Below, piece after piece: positions 40,733 to 49,945 of a stretch of 64,000 nucleotides of DNA; position 1 is the stretch's first letter; every line of letters begins with the position of its first letter. Origin of the DNA: an uncultured delta proteobacterium (lineage in GTDB: Bacteria; Desulfobacterota; BSN033; UBA1163). The stretch spans positions 96,001 to 160,000 of the forward strand of contig CAVPSJ010000015.1 of NCBI GenBank assembly GCA_963708295.1, read 5' to 3'. A program made the position numbers and the translations under genes. The notes under the pieces are model-generated. The model saw nothing but the letters and a program-made list of their open reading frames with translations. It was not told the DNA's origin and did no database searches.

Positions 40733-41179
40733 CTAGTCAGGTTGGCAGGCCGCAGGAGTCCATTGGATGATCAGGGCATCTTCGTTCCCATAATAGTTCG
40801 GAACCGTACCGATCGTTTGGAATCCCATCTTAGAATAAAAGGCGTGAGCTCCTCGATTGCTTCGTCTCACCTCTGCCCACACTTTTTTGGGGGGGCAAGC
40901 CTTCATCGCCCTCTGAAGGAGTTCCCTCCCGATGCCGTTCCTGCGGTATGGAGGCCGGACAGCGATGGAGAGGATATGCCCGTCCTGAGTGAACACGATA
41001 TATCCTAAAATCTTCTCTCCCGTCTGTCCATGGCTTGTGCCGACATAAACCAAAAATGTCTCCGGGTAGAGGCTGTGAAGGTTGAGGAGGGTTGCCCCAT
41101 CATAGGGCGATTTGGGAAAAGAATGGTTTTCAATTTGAAGAATGAATTCCAAATCGGCGAGGGAGAACGGGCGGATCAT
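40733..41179 (-). CDS. rimI: Ribosomal protein N-acetyltransferase (GNAT)
   Basis: HILSIAV.P.YRRNGIG, EVRRSN..A..FY.KMGF and NYY..EDA. Confidence 0.85.
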   Translation of the reverse strand: MIRPFSLADLEFILQIENHSFPKSPYDGATLLNLHSLYPETFLVYVGTSHGQTGEKILGYIVFTQDGHILSIAVRPPYRRNGIGRELLQRAMKACPPKKVWAEVRRSNRGAHAFYSKMGFQTIGTVPNYYGNEDALIIQWTPAACQPD

Positions 41180-41928
41180 GGGCTCCCTTTTATTCCTGAG
41201 ATAACAGAAGCCACTCCGCCCGTCAACGGCCGGGAGCCGACATTGACGAAACCAACCTTCCTCATGATCCGCTCATAATTTTCCGAGGATGCAAAATGGA
41301 AAACCGATTCCGGGAGATAGGCGTAAGCTCCCCGATCTCCGGAGATGAAGCCTCCCACCCGCGGGAGGACTCTTTGAAAGTAGATCGGATAGAATCTTCG
41401 CATCCATCCCCTTTGGGGAAAGGTGAATTCTAAAACGATCACCTTCCCACCCTTTTTGATGACCCTCACCATCTCGGAAAGGGCCTGTTCTTTGTTCACA
41501 ATATTCCTCAAACCAAAGGCGATCATCGATGCGTCAAACGTATCGTTCCGGAAAGGGAGGGAGAGGGCGTCTCCGAGGCTCAACGTGATCGTTTGTGACA
41601 GACTTTTTTTCAAAATCTTATGCCGGGCTCTTTTAATCATGGGTTGGGAGAAGTCCAATCCGAAGACTTTCCTTCGATGACCATTCTGGCGGATGATCTC
41701 AATGGCGACATCCCCCGTTCCCGTAGCCATATCTAATATCCGACCTTCGAGCCCTTCCAACTCCTGGACCGCCCTTCTCCTCCAATAAAAATCTCTTCCC
41801 AGGCTGAGAAGATGATTGAGCAGATCGTAGGTGGGAGCAATATTGTCGAAGAGGTTTCGAATCGATTCGGGATGAAGAAAGTAAGTTTTCATCTCTGATT
41901 TCTCAAAAGGAGAACGAAGATTAGGCAA
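41176..41928 (-). CDS. ubiE: Demethylmenaquinone methyltransferase UbiE/MenG
   Basis: FDNIAPTYDLLNHLLSLG, LDMATGTGD, AFGLRN and AYAYLPES. The start may be ATG 41892. Confidence 0.93.
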   Translation of the reverse strand: MPNLRSPFEKSEMKTYFLHPESIRNLFDNIAPTYDLLNHLLSLGRDFYWRRRAVQELEGLEGRILDMATGTGDVAIEIIRQNGHRRKVFGLDFSQPMIKRARHKILKKSLSQTITLSLGDALSLPFRNDTFDASMIAFGLRNIVNKEQALSEMVRVIKKGGKVIVLEFTFPQRGWMRRFYPIYFQRVLPRVGGFISGDRGAYAYLPESVFHFASSENYERIMRKVGFVNVGSRPLTGGVASVISGIKGSP

Positions 41929-42418
41929 TTTTCATGAAGTTCTTGCCAGGAGCTCCGCAGATCGGGCAGCTTTCCGGCGGTGCCTTTTCAACGGTATTAC
42001 CGCAGACAGGACACACATAATAATCCACCCCCTCATTTTTCCCAATTTTCTCTAAGGCGGTTGAGTAAAGAGCGGCGTGAATCTTCTCTACCTCATTGGC
42101 GAAATTAAATGTCTGGAAGGCTGCGTCATCCTTCTCCGCTTTTGCAGCTTCCTTCATTTCGGGGTACATCTTTTTGAACTCATGGGTTTCGCCATTGATG
42201 GCTTCCTGAAGGTTTTCCTTCGTCGATTTGACCCCTTTCAAAACACGAAGGTGGTTGTGGGCATGGACGGTTTCGGCTTCAGCGGCCGCTCTGAACAGTT
42301 TTGCCACTTGCGAGAATCCTTCCTGATCTGCCTTCTTAGCAAAAGCGAGGTATTTTCGATTAGCCTGAGATTCTCCTGCAAACGCCTCTTTGAGATTTGC
42401 TTCTGATTTGGCTCCCAT
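41921..42418 (-). CDS. rbr: Rubrerythrin
   Basis: AFAGESQA, AETVHA, EKIHA and CPVCG...CPICG. Confidence 0.95.
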   Translation of the reverse strand: MGAKSEANLKEAFAGESQANRKYLAFAKKADQEGFSQVAKLFRAAAEAETVHAHNHLRVLKGVKSTKENLQEAINGETHEFKKMYPEMKEAAKAEKDDAAFQTFNFANEVEKIHAALYSTALEKIGKNEGVDYYVCPVCGNTVEKAPPESCPICGAPGKNFMKIA

Positions 42419-42494
42419 AGTGCCCTCCTTTCAATTTTTTAATACTAGAAATTATAGCAGAGTGGATAGGAAACAGCAATTGACCCATTCGAAC

Positions 42495-42743
42495 GGGTAG
42501 TGGGTTAGTTTCCCGCCCGCGAGAGGGGTGTCGAGGGTGGCCTGTTCCTCCTCGCGTTTCAGAAGGGCGATCGTATCTATAGGTCTGCGGGATCGTCCGT
42601 CGTGCGTTCCAATGACGGTCTCATGACTTAGGATGTGAGCAGCCGGTCAGCCAAAAGAAAGGAAGCGCCCCTGAACCGCTCCGGGGGACCAGACCCCCCT
42701 CGGCTCGGTATGGGCATTCGCGACCCAAACTGACCCACTACCC
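42495..42743. mobile_element. 249-bp MITE-like element with 17-bp terminal inverted repeats
   Basis: GGGTAGTGGGTTAGTTT ... AAACTGACCCACTACCC (16/17 match). No ORF inside. Confidence 0.75.
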
Positions 42744-42845
42744 TTCAACGGCGTTCAGCCTCATCTCTTGCAAGTTCATTGAATGTGGGACAGGGTCCAG
42801 GCTGCGCAGGCTCTGGCGTGGAGCCCCCGATGGCGGGCTGAAGGG

Positions 42846-42874
42846 TTGACATCGTTCGGTAGAGTGAGTAAAAT
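42846..42874 (+). promoter_or_regulatory. sigma70 promoter
   Basis: TTGACA-N17-TAAAAT, 35 bp before the ATG at 42910. Confidence 0.7.
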
Positions 42875-42909
42875 GCGTGTGTCTTTAGGAAGAAGGAAGG
42901 AAGGAAGGG

Positions 42910-43764
42910 ATGAGATTTTTAATTTCCTTTATCGTTGTGTTGGCTGTCTTCGCGCCCTCCAGTTACGGAGAGATGTATAAATGGGTAGACGAAAGAGGAA
43001 CGGTTCACTTTACCGACGATCTTTTAAACATCCCGGAGAAATATCGCGAAGAGGCAGAGACCCGAAAGCCTCCTAAAGAGACCTCGACCCCGAAACCTCA
43101 AGAAAAGCCCCAGCCCCTTCTCCCTGAAAAGGTCTCTGAACCCGAAGGGATGAGCGTTGACCTCGTGAGAAGCGGGGAAGTGTCATTCGTAGAGGTGGTT
43201 CTGAATGAGAAGATAACGCAGCATTTTATTGTGGATACAGGAGCGAGTTTTACAGTCATCAGTCGAGAAGCGGCAAACGAGTTGGGAATTACGATTGATG
43301 AAAACACCCCTTTTATCCCGATCACTACCGCCAGTTCCGTCATCTTTAATCCTCTGGTGACACTGAGGTCCTTACGGGTGGGGCAAGCAGAGGTTGAAAA
43401 TGTAGATGCCCTGGTCCATAACCTGCCGGGTCGTTCCGCGGGGCTATTGGGTAATTCCTTCCTCAGTAAATTTAAAGTGGTGCTGGATTCCATCCAGGGG
43501 AAAATGACTCTTTATTCCTTGCAAGGAACTCCGTCCCCCGATCGTCCGGGCGGGTACGGAAGGGATTTTTGGTCAAGTCAGTTTCGTCTCTATACCGGGG
43601 CTTTGGATGAGTTGAACAGGATGAAACGGAGGTACGAAGGGAAGGGAGGGGCAAGTTCTGAATTGGTTCGGATCAACAATGCCATCCGACATTTTGAAAA
43701 CCAGCTGAATGAGCTTGACCGAAGGGCCTCCCTGGCGGGAGTCCCCAGGAACTGGAGACAGTAA
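42910..43764 (+). CDS. Exported DUF4124 plus retropepsin-like aspartyl protease
   Basis: YKWVDERGTVHFTD, then FIVDTGAS and GLLGNSFL. Confidence 0.9.
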   Translation: MRFLISFIVVLAVFAPSSYGEMYKWVDERGTVHFTDDLLNIPEKYREEAETRKPPKETSTPKPQEKPQPLLPEKVSEPEGMSVDLVRSGEVSFVEVVLNEKITQHFIVDTGASFTVISREAANELGITIDENTPFIPITTASSVIFNPLVTLRSLRVGQAEVENVDALVHNLPGRSAGLLGNSFLSKFKVVLDSIQGKMTLYSLQGTPSPDRPGGYGRDFWSSQFRLYTGALDELNRMKRRYEGKGGASSELVRINNAIRHFENQLNELDRRASLAGVPRNWRQ

Positions 43765-43770
43765 AAAATA

Positions 43771-43880
43771 TTGGAGTATTGGAGTACTGGGGTATTGGAG
43801 TACGGGAGTAATGGAAAACCTAGAACTCCACCACTCCATTGCTCCATTACTCCAATAATTTATCCCTCCATCACTCCATG
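43771..43880. repeat. Inverted array of octamers (TGGAGTAN)n / (NNACTCCA)n between convergent genes
   Basis: About five TGGAGTA-like units followed by about six CTCCA units. Confidence 0.85.
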
Positions 43881-43883
43881 CAG

Positions 43884-44438
43884 TTAGGGTGTATAGATCA
43901 CGACCAGGAGTTTGGCTTCTTCTTCGCTGACGTTACGAAGTTTGTGCGTGGTGCCTGAATTGAAGTGAAGCGTTTCCCCCTTCTTAAGAAGATTTTGAGC
44001 TTCTCCTACCCTCACCTCGACATGACCTTTCAAGACATAGAGAAATTCCTCCCCCTCATGCTTGTATTCCACCATCTTGTGATCCTGTTTGGGATCGATG
44101 GTGACGAGAAAGGCCTTCATATGTTTTGTCTCTGCCTCCGGAGTGAGGGTTTTATAGGAATAGGCCTGAGTCCTCTTGTAAAAACTTTCCCTCCTCTTTT
44201 TCTCTGAAGCCTCCTTTTCTTCGGCGGAAAGGAAAGAGCCCGAGTCAATGGCAAGAGCCTTTGCGATCTGGATCACCGCAGAGACCGGAGGGATGGCGAT
44301 TCCTTCCTCAATTTCTTTCAGATAGCGGTGGGAGAGTGCTGTTTTGTCGGCCAATTGTTCGAAGGATATCTTTCTCAATTCCCGAAGTTGCTTCATCTTG
44401 GCTCCGAAAGATTTTTCATCAACCTTTTTGGTTGCCAT
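43884..44438 (-). CDS. XRE-family HTH plus cupin transcriptional regulator
   Basis: HTH_3 N-terminus and a HEGEEFLYVLKG...HFNS..HKLRN cupin domain. Confidence 0.92.
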   Translation of the reverse strand: MATKKVDEKSFGAKMKQLRELRKISFEQLADKTALSHRYLKEIEEGIAIPPVSAVIQIAKALAIDSGSFLSAEEKEASEKKRRESFYKRTQAYSYKTLTPEAETKHMKAFLVTIDPKQDHKMVEYKHEGEEFLYVLKGHVEVRVGEAQNLLKKGETLHFNSGTTHKLRNVSEEEAKLLVVIYTP

Positions 44439-44899
44439 GACTCCTCCTCTCGCAAAAGCTTCTGTAGGGCTTATTATATTCCCAATTTTCAATTTTTCAA
44501 CCTAATTTTTCAGCGTAATGTTTAGACCTCGCCGGATCTCTTTCTCTAGGACAACCCTGATATGTCACTTCGATGCGAGTCGAAGCGATCTTCCCTTTCC
44601 TTTGATACCATCGTAGCGAATGGGAGATACGGCAGGGACAGGGACCCAGGGGCTCAGCTTCAGAATGCGGTCTGGTAGCGCAAGGGTCCTGGGCCTTTCG
44701 CAAATGCAATTTCTTCACGGGCTTTCAGCTCAGCAGCGGATCGTCAAGAGGTTTCCGCCCTGCCTTTGCGCAGGCGTGAAGCTTCGTCTCCCGATCCCGC
44801 CTCGGGGGATTCGCCACAGAACGGGTCGTTCCCGATGAGGTTTTTTCTCACTGAAATTTATTCTTTGGGTTGTAGCCATTTCATTATATAATAAAGTTA

Positions 44900-45169
44900 A
44901 TGGAAGCGATGGAGCAATGGGTAAAGGTGGGAACGGTCGAGAATCGATTTGAGGGCGATCGGATCTCTCAGGTTCTTCAGGAAGCCGGGATTCCATTTTT
45001 CATCAAATCGTTTCTCGATACGGCCTATGACGGGCTTTACATCCCTCAGAAAGGGTGGGGGATCGTGATGGTTTCTAAAAAAGATAAGGGAGAGGCAGAA
45101 AAACTAATTTCCGAAGTCAAGAAAACGTTCGTGAAGGAGGAAGAGGATGAAACTGGACAGCTTGGATGA
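44900..45169 (+). CDS. DUF2007-like small signal-transducing protein
   Basis: ENRFEGD....L.EAGIPF..KSF.DTAYDG....QKGWG. Confidence 0.75.
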   Translation: MEAMEQWVKVGTVENRFEGDRISQVLQEAGIPFFIKSFLDTAYDGLYIPQKGWGIVMVSKKDKGEAEKLISEVKKTFVKEEEDETGQLG

Positions 45170-45596
45170 AATTCTGAGGTTTGCTATCCGGAAAGAGGCG
45201 GATGCGGCCGCTTTCTACAAAATGGCAGCGGACCGCTCGGCCCCTGGCGTCAAAAAGACGTTTGAAGAATTGGCTGCCATGGAGGAAGGGCACAAGAAGA
45301 AACTCGAAAAATTTGATCCGAAAGAGATCGGTCGGATGAAATTGAAGGAAACGGAGGGGCTGGGGATGAGCGAGATGCTGGAGGATGTGCCTTTTAGCTC
45401 GGACATGAGCTATGCGGACCTTCTTCGTATGGCGATCAAAAATGAAGAGAAATCCCAGCGTCTTTATCTGAACACAGAAAAAATGGTGACGGAGCCGAAT
45501 TTAAGAAAATTGCTTTTAATCCTCGCCCAGGAAGAATCGACCCATAAAGAGAAACTGGAGAAGATTTACGATGAAGACATTCTGAAAGAGTTCTGA
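45147..45596 (+). CDS. Ferritin-like (rubrerythrin di-iron) protein
   Basis: AIRKE...FY, EEGH, AIKNE and EESTH di-iron motifs. Confidence 0.88.
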   Translation: MKLDSLDEILRFAIRKEADAAAFYKMAADRSAPGVKKTFEELAAMEEGHKKKLEKFDPKEIGRMKLKETEGLGMSEMLEDVPFSSDMSYADLLRMAIKNEEKSQRLYLNTEKMVTEPNLRKLLLILAQEESTHKEKLEKIYDEDILKEF

Positions 45597-45804
45597 AAAA
45601 AGCCTTAAATCCAGATGTCAAAATCATCCGCTAAGGCGGGACCCAAGGAATGTCAAAATCCAAGATGAATCTCCGGGCGGGACGGAGAATGGGAAAAGAT
45701 GCGACCCGGGGAGAGAAAGCAGACCCGGAAGTATTTTACCCTGGTTTTTCATCCACGATGGGCCATGCCCTCTGTGATTTTTCGATTCGAGGGGTAAGCT
45801 TCAT

Positions 45805-45915
45805 TTGACCGGAACGTGCCCCGTCCCACCAAGAGCGGGATAGGCGGGGTCAAGGGGCACAATATAAACGAAACTTCACTTCCGGGAAGCCTCGCCCTGT
45901 GGGCGGGAAGCTTCA
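45805..45915 (+). mobile_element. IS200/IS605-type non-autonomous end element
   Basis: TTGACCGGAACGTGCCCC..GGGGCAC left hairpin and CGCCC-TGT-GGGCG..AGCTTCA right end. Confidence 0.7.
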
Positions 45916-45955
45916 GATTTAGAATTTGTCATTTGACATTGCGTTGGGAGGGTCC

Positions 45956-46342
45956 ATGATACCCGGATTGACCGGAAAATGTGAGATGGTCGTCAAAGAA
46001 GAAGATCTGGTCAGCCAACTGGGGGATATCCCTCTAAATGTCCTCTCCACGCCAAGGCTGATTCAACTTTTGGAGAACGCTGCGATTGAGGCGATCCGTG
46101 ATCATATGCCCGGGGATCAAGTGAGCCTTGGCGCAGAGATCAAGGTCAGGCACCTGTCGGCGACGCCCCTTGGCATGAAGGTCACTGCCAACGCCCTTCT
46201 AAAAGGAGTGGAAAAAAACCGGCTACACTTCCTGGTAAACGCCTACGATGAGAAGGAAAAAGTGGCAGAGGGAGAGCACGAAAGAGTTCTCGTGTCCAAG
46301 GAGCGTTTTCTTGAGAAGGTGAAGAACAAGAGCGCGGGATGA
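45956..46342 (+). CDS. FlK-type hotdog thioesterase
   Basis: VLSTPRLIQLLENAA, SLG..I.VRHLSATPLG and GEHER. Confidence 0.88.
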   Translation: MIPGLTGKCEMVVKEEDLVSQLGDIPLNVLSTPRLIQLLENAAIEAIRDHMPGDQVSLGAEIKVRHLSATPLGMKVTANALLKGVEKNRLHFLVNAYDEKEKVAEGEHERVLVSKERFLEKVKNKSAG

Positions 46343-46390
46343 TTCCGATTTCACGGACGGGCATGACACGTTGAACAAACCTGGGGAGCC

Positions 46391-46807
46391 ATGAGGCGCT
46401 TTGAGATCTTGGATCATACGGCGGATATCGGTATTATCGTCCATGGCGAGAACCTCAAGAGGCTTTTTGAGAATGCGGGGGAGGCTTTTTTCCGTCTCAT
46501 CACCGATTTAAGAAAGGTCAAAGGTCGGATCGAGAGGCGGGTGAATATCGGAGCAGAGAGTTTGGATCGGTTGATGGTAGATTGGCTGAGCGAACTTCTC
46601 TACCTTCACGACGTCGAGAATCTTCTCTTTAAAGGGTTCAACGTCGACTCCGTCGGGGAGGACGGCTTGAAGGCTGCTGTGAAGGGGGAGCCGTTTCAGG
46701 AGGGGGTCCATGTGATCAAGACGGAAGTGAAAGCCGTGACCTACCACCAGATAGAAGTTCGACAGGAGAAACGGGGCTGGAGAGCTCAGGTCATCTTGGA
46801 TCTTTAG
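46391..46807 (+). CDS. Archease (RtcB activator)
   Basis: FEILDHTADIG, WLSELLY, EVKAVTYH and VILDL. Confidence 0.95.
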   Translation: MRRFEILDHTADIGIIVHGENLKRLFENAGEAFFRLITDLRKVKGRIERRVNIGAESLDRLMVDWLSELLYLHDVENLLFKGFNVDSVGEDGLKAAVKGEPFQEGVHVIKTEVKAVTYHQIEVRQEKRGWRAQVILDL

Positions 46808-46915
46808 TTAGGACGGTCAAGAATATCTCCAAAGTTTTGCAAATGCAAAACTTATCCGACATCGTTGCCCGTCCTTTGCACCGGGACAATGTGCTCACTC
46901 CTTCCCTTCGGAAGG

Positions 46916-47144
46916 GAGACTGTGTCACAATGGAACGTCTGAGGGGAGAGGCAGTCGGGTTCCAAAGCTTTAGAACGCGGGTCTTTTAGGAATGGGGAAC
47001 CGTCGTTGGCTAAAAATCGAATGTGTTCATATGGTTGGCGACCCTGAATCCAAACGGTTATAAAGGTTGCCGCTCTAAATCTTCTCCACCCGACCGCCTT
47101 TCCCCTTTTTTGAAAAGCGTGTTTTCATATTGCGACACAGCCTC
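46916..47144 (+). mobile_element. MITE copy A (229 bp), target duplication AGG
   Basis: Termini GAGACTGTGTCACAAT / ATTGCGACACAGCCTC, with AGG on both sides. Confidence 0.85.
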
Positions 47145-47173
47145 AGGGGGGAAAGGAATAGATAGGAGTACCC

Positions 47174-48628
47174 ATGTCTGATCAAGAGAAAATCAAGATA
47201 CAGAAGATAGATGATTACCGGTGGAGAATTCCCCGGGAAGGAAAGATGAGGACCGATGGGGTGATCTATGCCGACGAGCGGTTGTTCAACGACATCCGGA
47301 AGGACCAGAGTCTGACCCAGGTCGCGAATGTCGCATGGCTTCCGGGTATCGTGGGCCATTCCCTGGCGATGCCGGATATCCATTGGGGTTATGGCTTTCC
47401 TATCGGGGGCGTGGCGGGCTTCGACATGGATGAAGGAATCGTTTCCCCCGGAGGGGTGGGTTACGACATCAATTGAGGTGTCCGTTTGATGCGCTCAGGT
47501 CTGAGCCGCACGGACGTTCAGGGAAGAATGAAGGAATTAGTGGAGGCCCTCTTCGTCAACATCCCTTCAGGCGTAGGTTCTCACCGGAAGGACCTCAAGC
47601 TGAACCGGGAGGAGGAACGGCGAGTTTTAAAAAAAGGAGCCCGGTGGGCCGTAGAAAAAGGGTTCGGCTCAGCGGAAGATCTTGACCACATCGAGGAACA
47701 CGGCCGCATCGAGGGAGGCGATCCGGACCGGGTCTCTGAAAAAGCGATGGAAAGAGGCAGAGCCCAATTGGGGACGCTGGGCTCGGGGAATCATTTCGTT
47801 GAGGTGGGGTACGTGGCGGAGGTTCTTGATGAGTCCGTCGCTCGATCGTTAGGGCTCTGGAAGGATCAGGTCACGGTGATCGTCCATACCGGTTCAAGGG
47901 GTTTGGGTCACCAGGTTTGCGATGATTACATCCGGGTCATGCTCGATGCAGCCAGGAAATACCAGATTGAACTTCCAGACCCCCAGCTCTGCTGTGCCCC
48001 TTTGTCTTCGCCGGAAGGGAAGCGGTATCTCGAGGCCATGGCCTGTGCGGCCAATTTTGCTTTCACCAATCGGCAGATGATCACCCATTGGGTGAGGGAA
48101 ACATTTGAGCAAGTATTCCGAAAGGGCCCCCGGGATCTTAAATTAGATTTGATCTATGATGTCTGCCACAATATTGCAAAGATTGAAACCCATACGGTGA
48201 ATGGAACAAAGAAAAAGCTCTGCATCCACAGGAAAGGTGCGACGAGAGCCTTTCCTCCAAACCATCCCGACCTTCCCTCGGATTACCAATCGACCGGCCA
48301 GCCCGTCCTCATCCCGGGGGATATGGGGAGATGTTCGTATGTTTTGGTGGGGACGGAAAAAGCGATGGAAGAGACCTTTGGGAGCACCTGTCATGGAGCG
48401 GGCCGGGTGATGAGCCGGCATCAGGCCGTGAAGGCAGCAAGGGGGAGAGCGATCGTCAGGGAACTGGAAGATAAAGGGATCATCGTCAAGGGTGCGAGTC
48501 AAGGGACCCTTGTGGAGGAGATCCCCGACGCCTATAAGGATGTGAATGATGTCGTGAATGTAGTCCACCGGGCCGGCATCAGTCGAAAAGTGGCAAAGCT
48601 CGTCCCCCTGGGGGTGATCAAAGGATAG
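47174..48628 (+). CDS. rtcB: RtcB RNA ligase, 484 aa, with predicted selenocysteine at codon 101 (TGA 47474-47476)
   Basis: ORFs 47174-47476 and 47486-48628 are in the same frame: [15 protein letters not shown]. The other catalytic motifs are intact ([36 protein letters not shown]). Confidence 0.92.
47480..47515 (+). promoter_or_regulatory. Putative SECIS element of rtcB
   Basis: GTCCG..TGC-GCTC-AGGTCT-GAGC-C-GCA-CGGAC. The apical AGGUCU equals the E. coli fdhF SECIS loop and begins after a 20-nt spacer from UGA. Confidence 0.85.
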
Positions 48629-48713
48629 TCAATAGCAAGAAAATGGAAGGTGGAACGTAGTAGCGGTAGTCAACATAAATGCCATAAGCTATATCCGAAA
48701 GGAGTAAGCCACT

Positions 48714-49739
48714 ATGAGAATTCTTGCGATAGATATCGGTGCGGGGACTCAGGATATTCTCCTTTTCGATTCGGGACAAAAGATCGAAAATTGTACCAGC
48801 CTCGTTCTTCCTACGCCGTCCAAGTTTCTTGCAGAAAAATTGAAGACGATCGAGAGTCCTGTCTATATCCATGGCGATACGATCGGAGGAGGTTCCCTGG
48901 GCGGGGCTATCCTTGACCACCTTCAAAAGGGATATGGCGTGGTGATGGAAGAGTCTGCGGCTTATTCCATTCGCAATGACCTGGATGAAGTCAAATCCAT
49001 GGGGATTGGGGTGGGAAAGAAGCCTGAGATCGATCGCATCCAGGAGTTGGAGATACGAGAAATCGATCTCGTTCTGTTTGAAAGGTTCCTGATCCATTTC
49101 GGACAGAACCTTCAGGTGGACGTGATTGCGATTGCTGTTCAGGACCATGGCGTTTCCCCTAAAGAAGTTCCGGACCGAGCCTTCCGTTTTGAGAATATGG
49201 AGAGGATGCTCCGAAGAGATAACCGACCCGAGACGTTTCATTTCTTAGAGGACTCGATCCCGGACCATCATCTTAGGATGAAATCAGCCGCAGCCGCGGT
49301 GAAGAGATCTTTCTCGGTTCCAGTGCTGGTCATGGATACAGCGTTCTCGGCCATTTTAGGCTGCCTCGAAGAGACCAGCGGCCCTTCCCTGATCGTCAAT
49401 GTGGGGAACAGTCATACGATTGCCGCGTTGATCATGGAGAGAAAAATCGAAGGCCTCTATGAGCACCATACCCATGAACTGACTCCTGAAAAAATGGAGG
49501 ACGATCTGCGGCTCTTCGCCCGGGGAGAGCTGGAGGGGGAAAAGGTTTTCAAGGAAAACGGCCACGGGGCTGTCACCCTGAAGCCACTCCCTGGAGTATT
49601 TCCAGTGATCGTCACCGGTCCCAACCGCGATCTTTTCAGAAAGACGTCTTTCCCATTCACCTATGCGGCTCCGGGCGGAAATACGATGATGACAGGACCG
49701 ATGGGTTTGGTCAGGGCGGCGCAATACCGATTCGGGTGA
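48714..49739 (+). CDS. DUF1786 family protein
   Basis: MRILAIDIGAGTQDILL, AVQDHG, NVGNSHT, YEHHT and APGG..MMTG. Confidence 0.85.
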   Translation: MRILAIDIGAGTQDILLFDSGQKIENCTSLVLPTPSKFLAEKLKTIESPVYIHGDTIGGGSLGGAILDHLQKGYGVVMEESAAYSIRNDLDEVKSMGIGVGKKPEIDRIQELEIREIDLVLFERFLIHFGQNLQVDVIAIAVQDHGVSPKEVPDRAFRFENMERMLRRDNRPETFHFLEDSIPDHHLRMKSAAAAVKRSFSVPVLVMDTAFSAILGCLEETSGPSLIVNVGNSHTIAALIMERKIEGLYEHHTHELTPEKMEDDLRLFARGELEGEKVFKENGHGAVTLKPLPGVFPVIVTGPNRDLFRKTSFPFTYAAPGGNTMMTGPMGLVRAAQYRFG

Positions 49740-49776
49740 AATGGTTTCGAGTTTTAAACCATTCCTCCCCCTCTGG

Positions 49777-49903
49777 GAGACTGTGTCACGATGGGACGTC
49801 TGAGGGGAGAGGCAGTCGGGTTCCAAAGCTTTAGAACGCGGCTTCTCCACCCGACCGCCCCCCCTTTTTTGAAAAGCGTGTTTTCATATTGCGACACAGC
49901 CTC
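49777..49903 (+). mobile_element. MITE copy B (127 bp, internally deleted), target duplication TGG
   Basis: Same termini and subterminal sequence as 46916-47144, with TGG on both sides. Confidence 0.85.
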
Positions 49904-49945
49904 TGGACGGGGGAGGGTGAGGTAGAGGGAGAGGGAGGGGACAGG

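Noticed and set aside
43771-43880. Short tandem repeats considered as a CRISPR array
   Set aside because: 8-bp units with no unique spacers, arranged as an inverted pair. No cas genes in the window.
44690-44835. c-di-GMP-I or c-di-AMP riboswitch on the minus strand
   Set aside because: Only fragments resemble the consensus (GGGCGGAAA, GGCGAATCC), and the 3' conserved elements are missing.
47474-47476. Genome-wide UGA reassignment (code 4 or 25) as the explanation for in-frame TGA
   Set aside because: Many genes end normally at TGA (for example 15980, 37259 and 59605), and both internal TGAs fall on conserved Cys positions with downstream hairpins.
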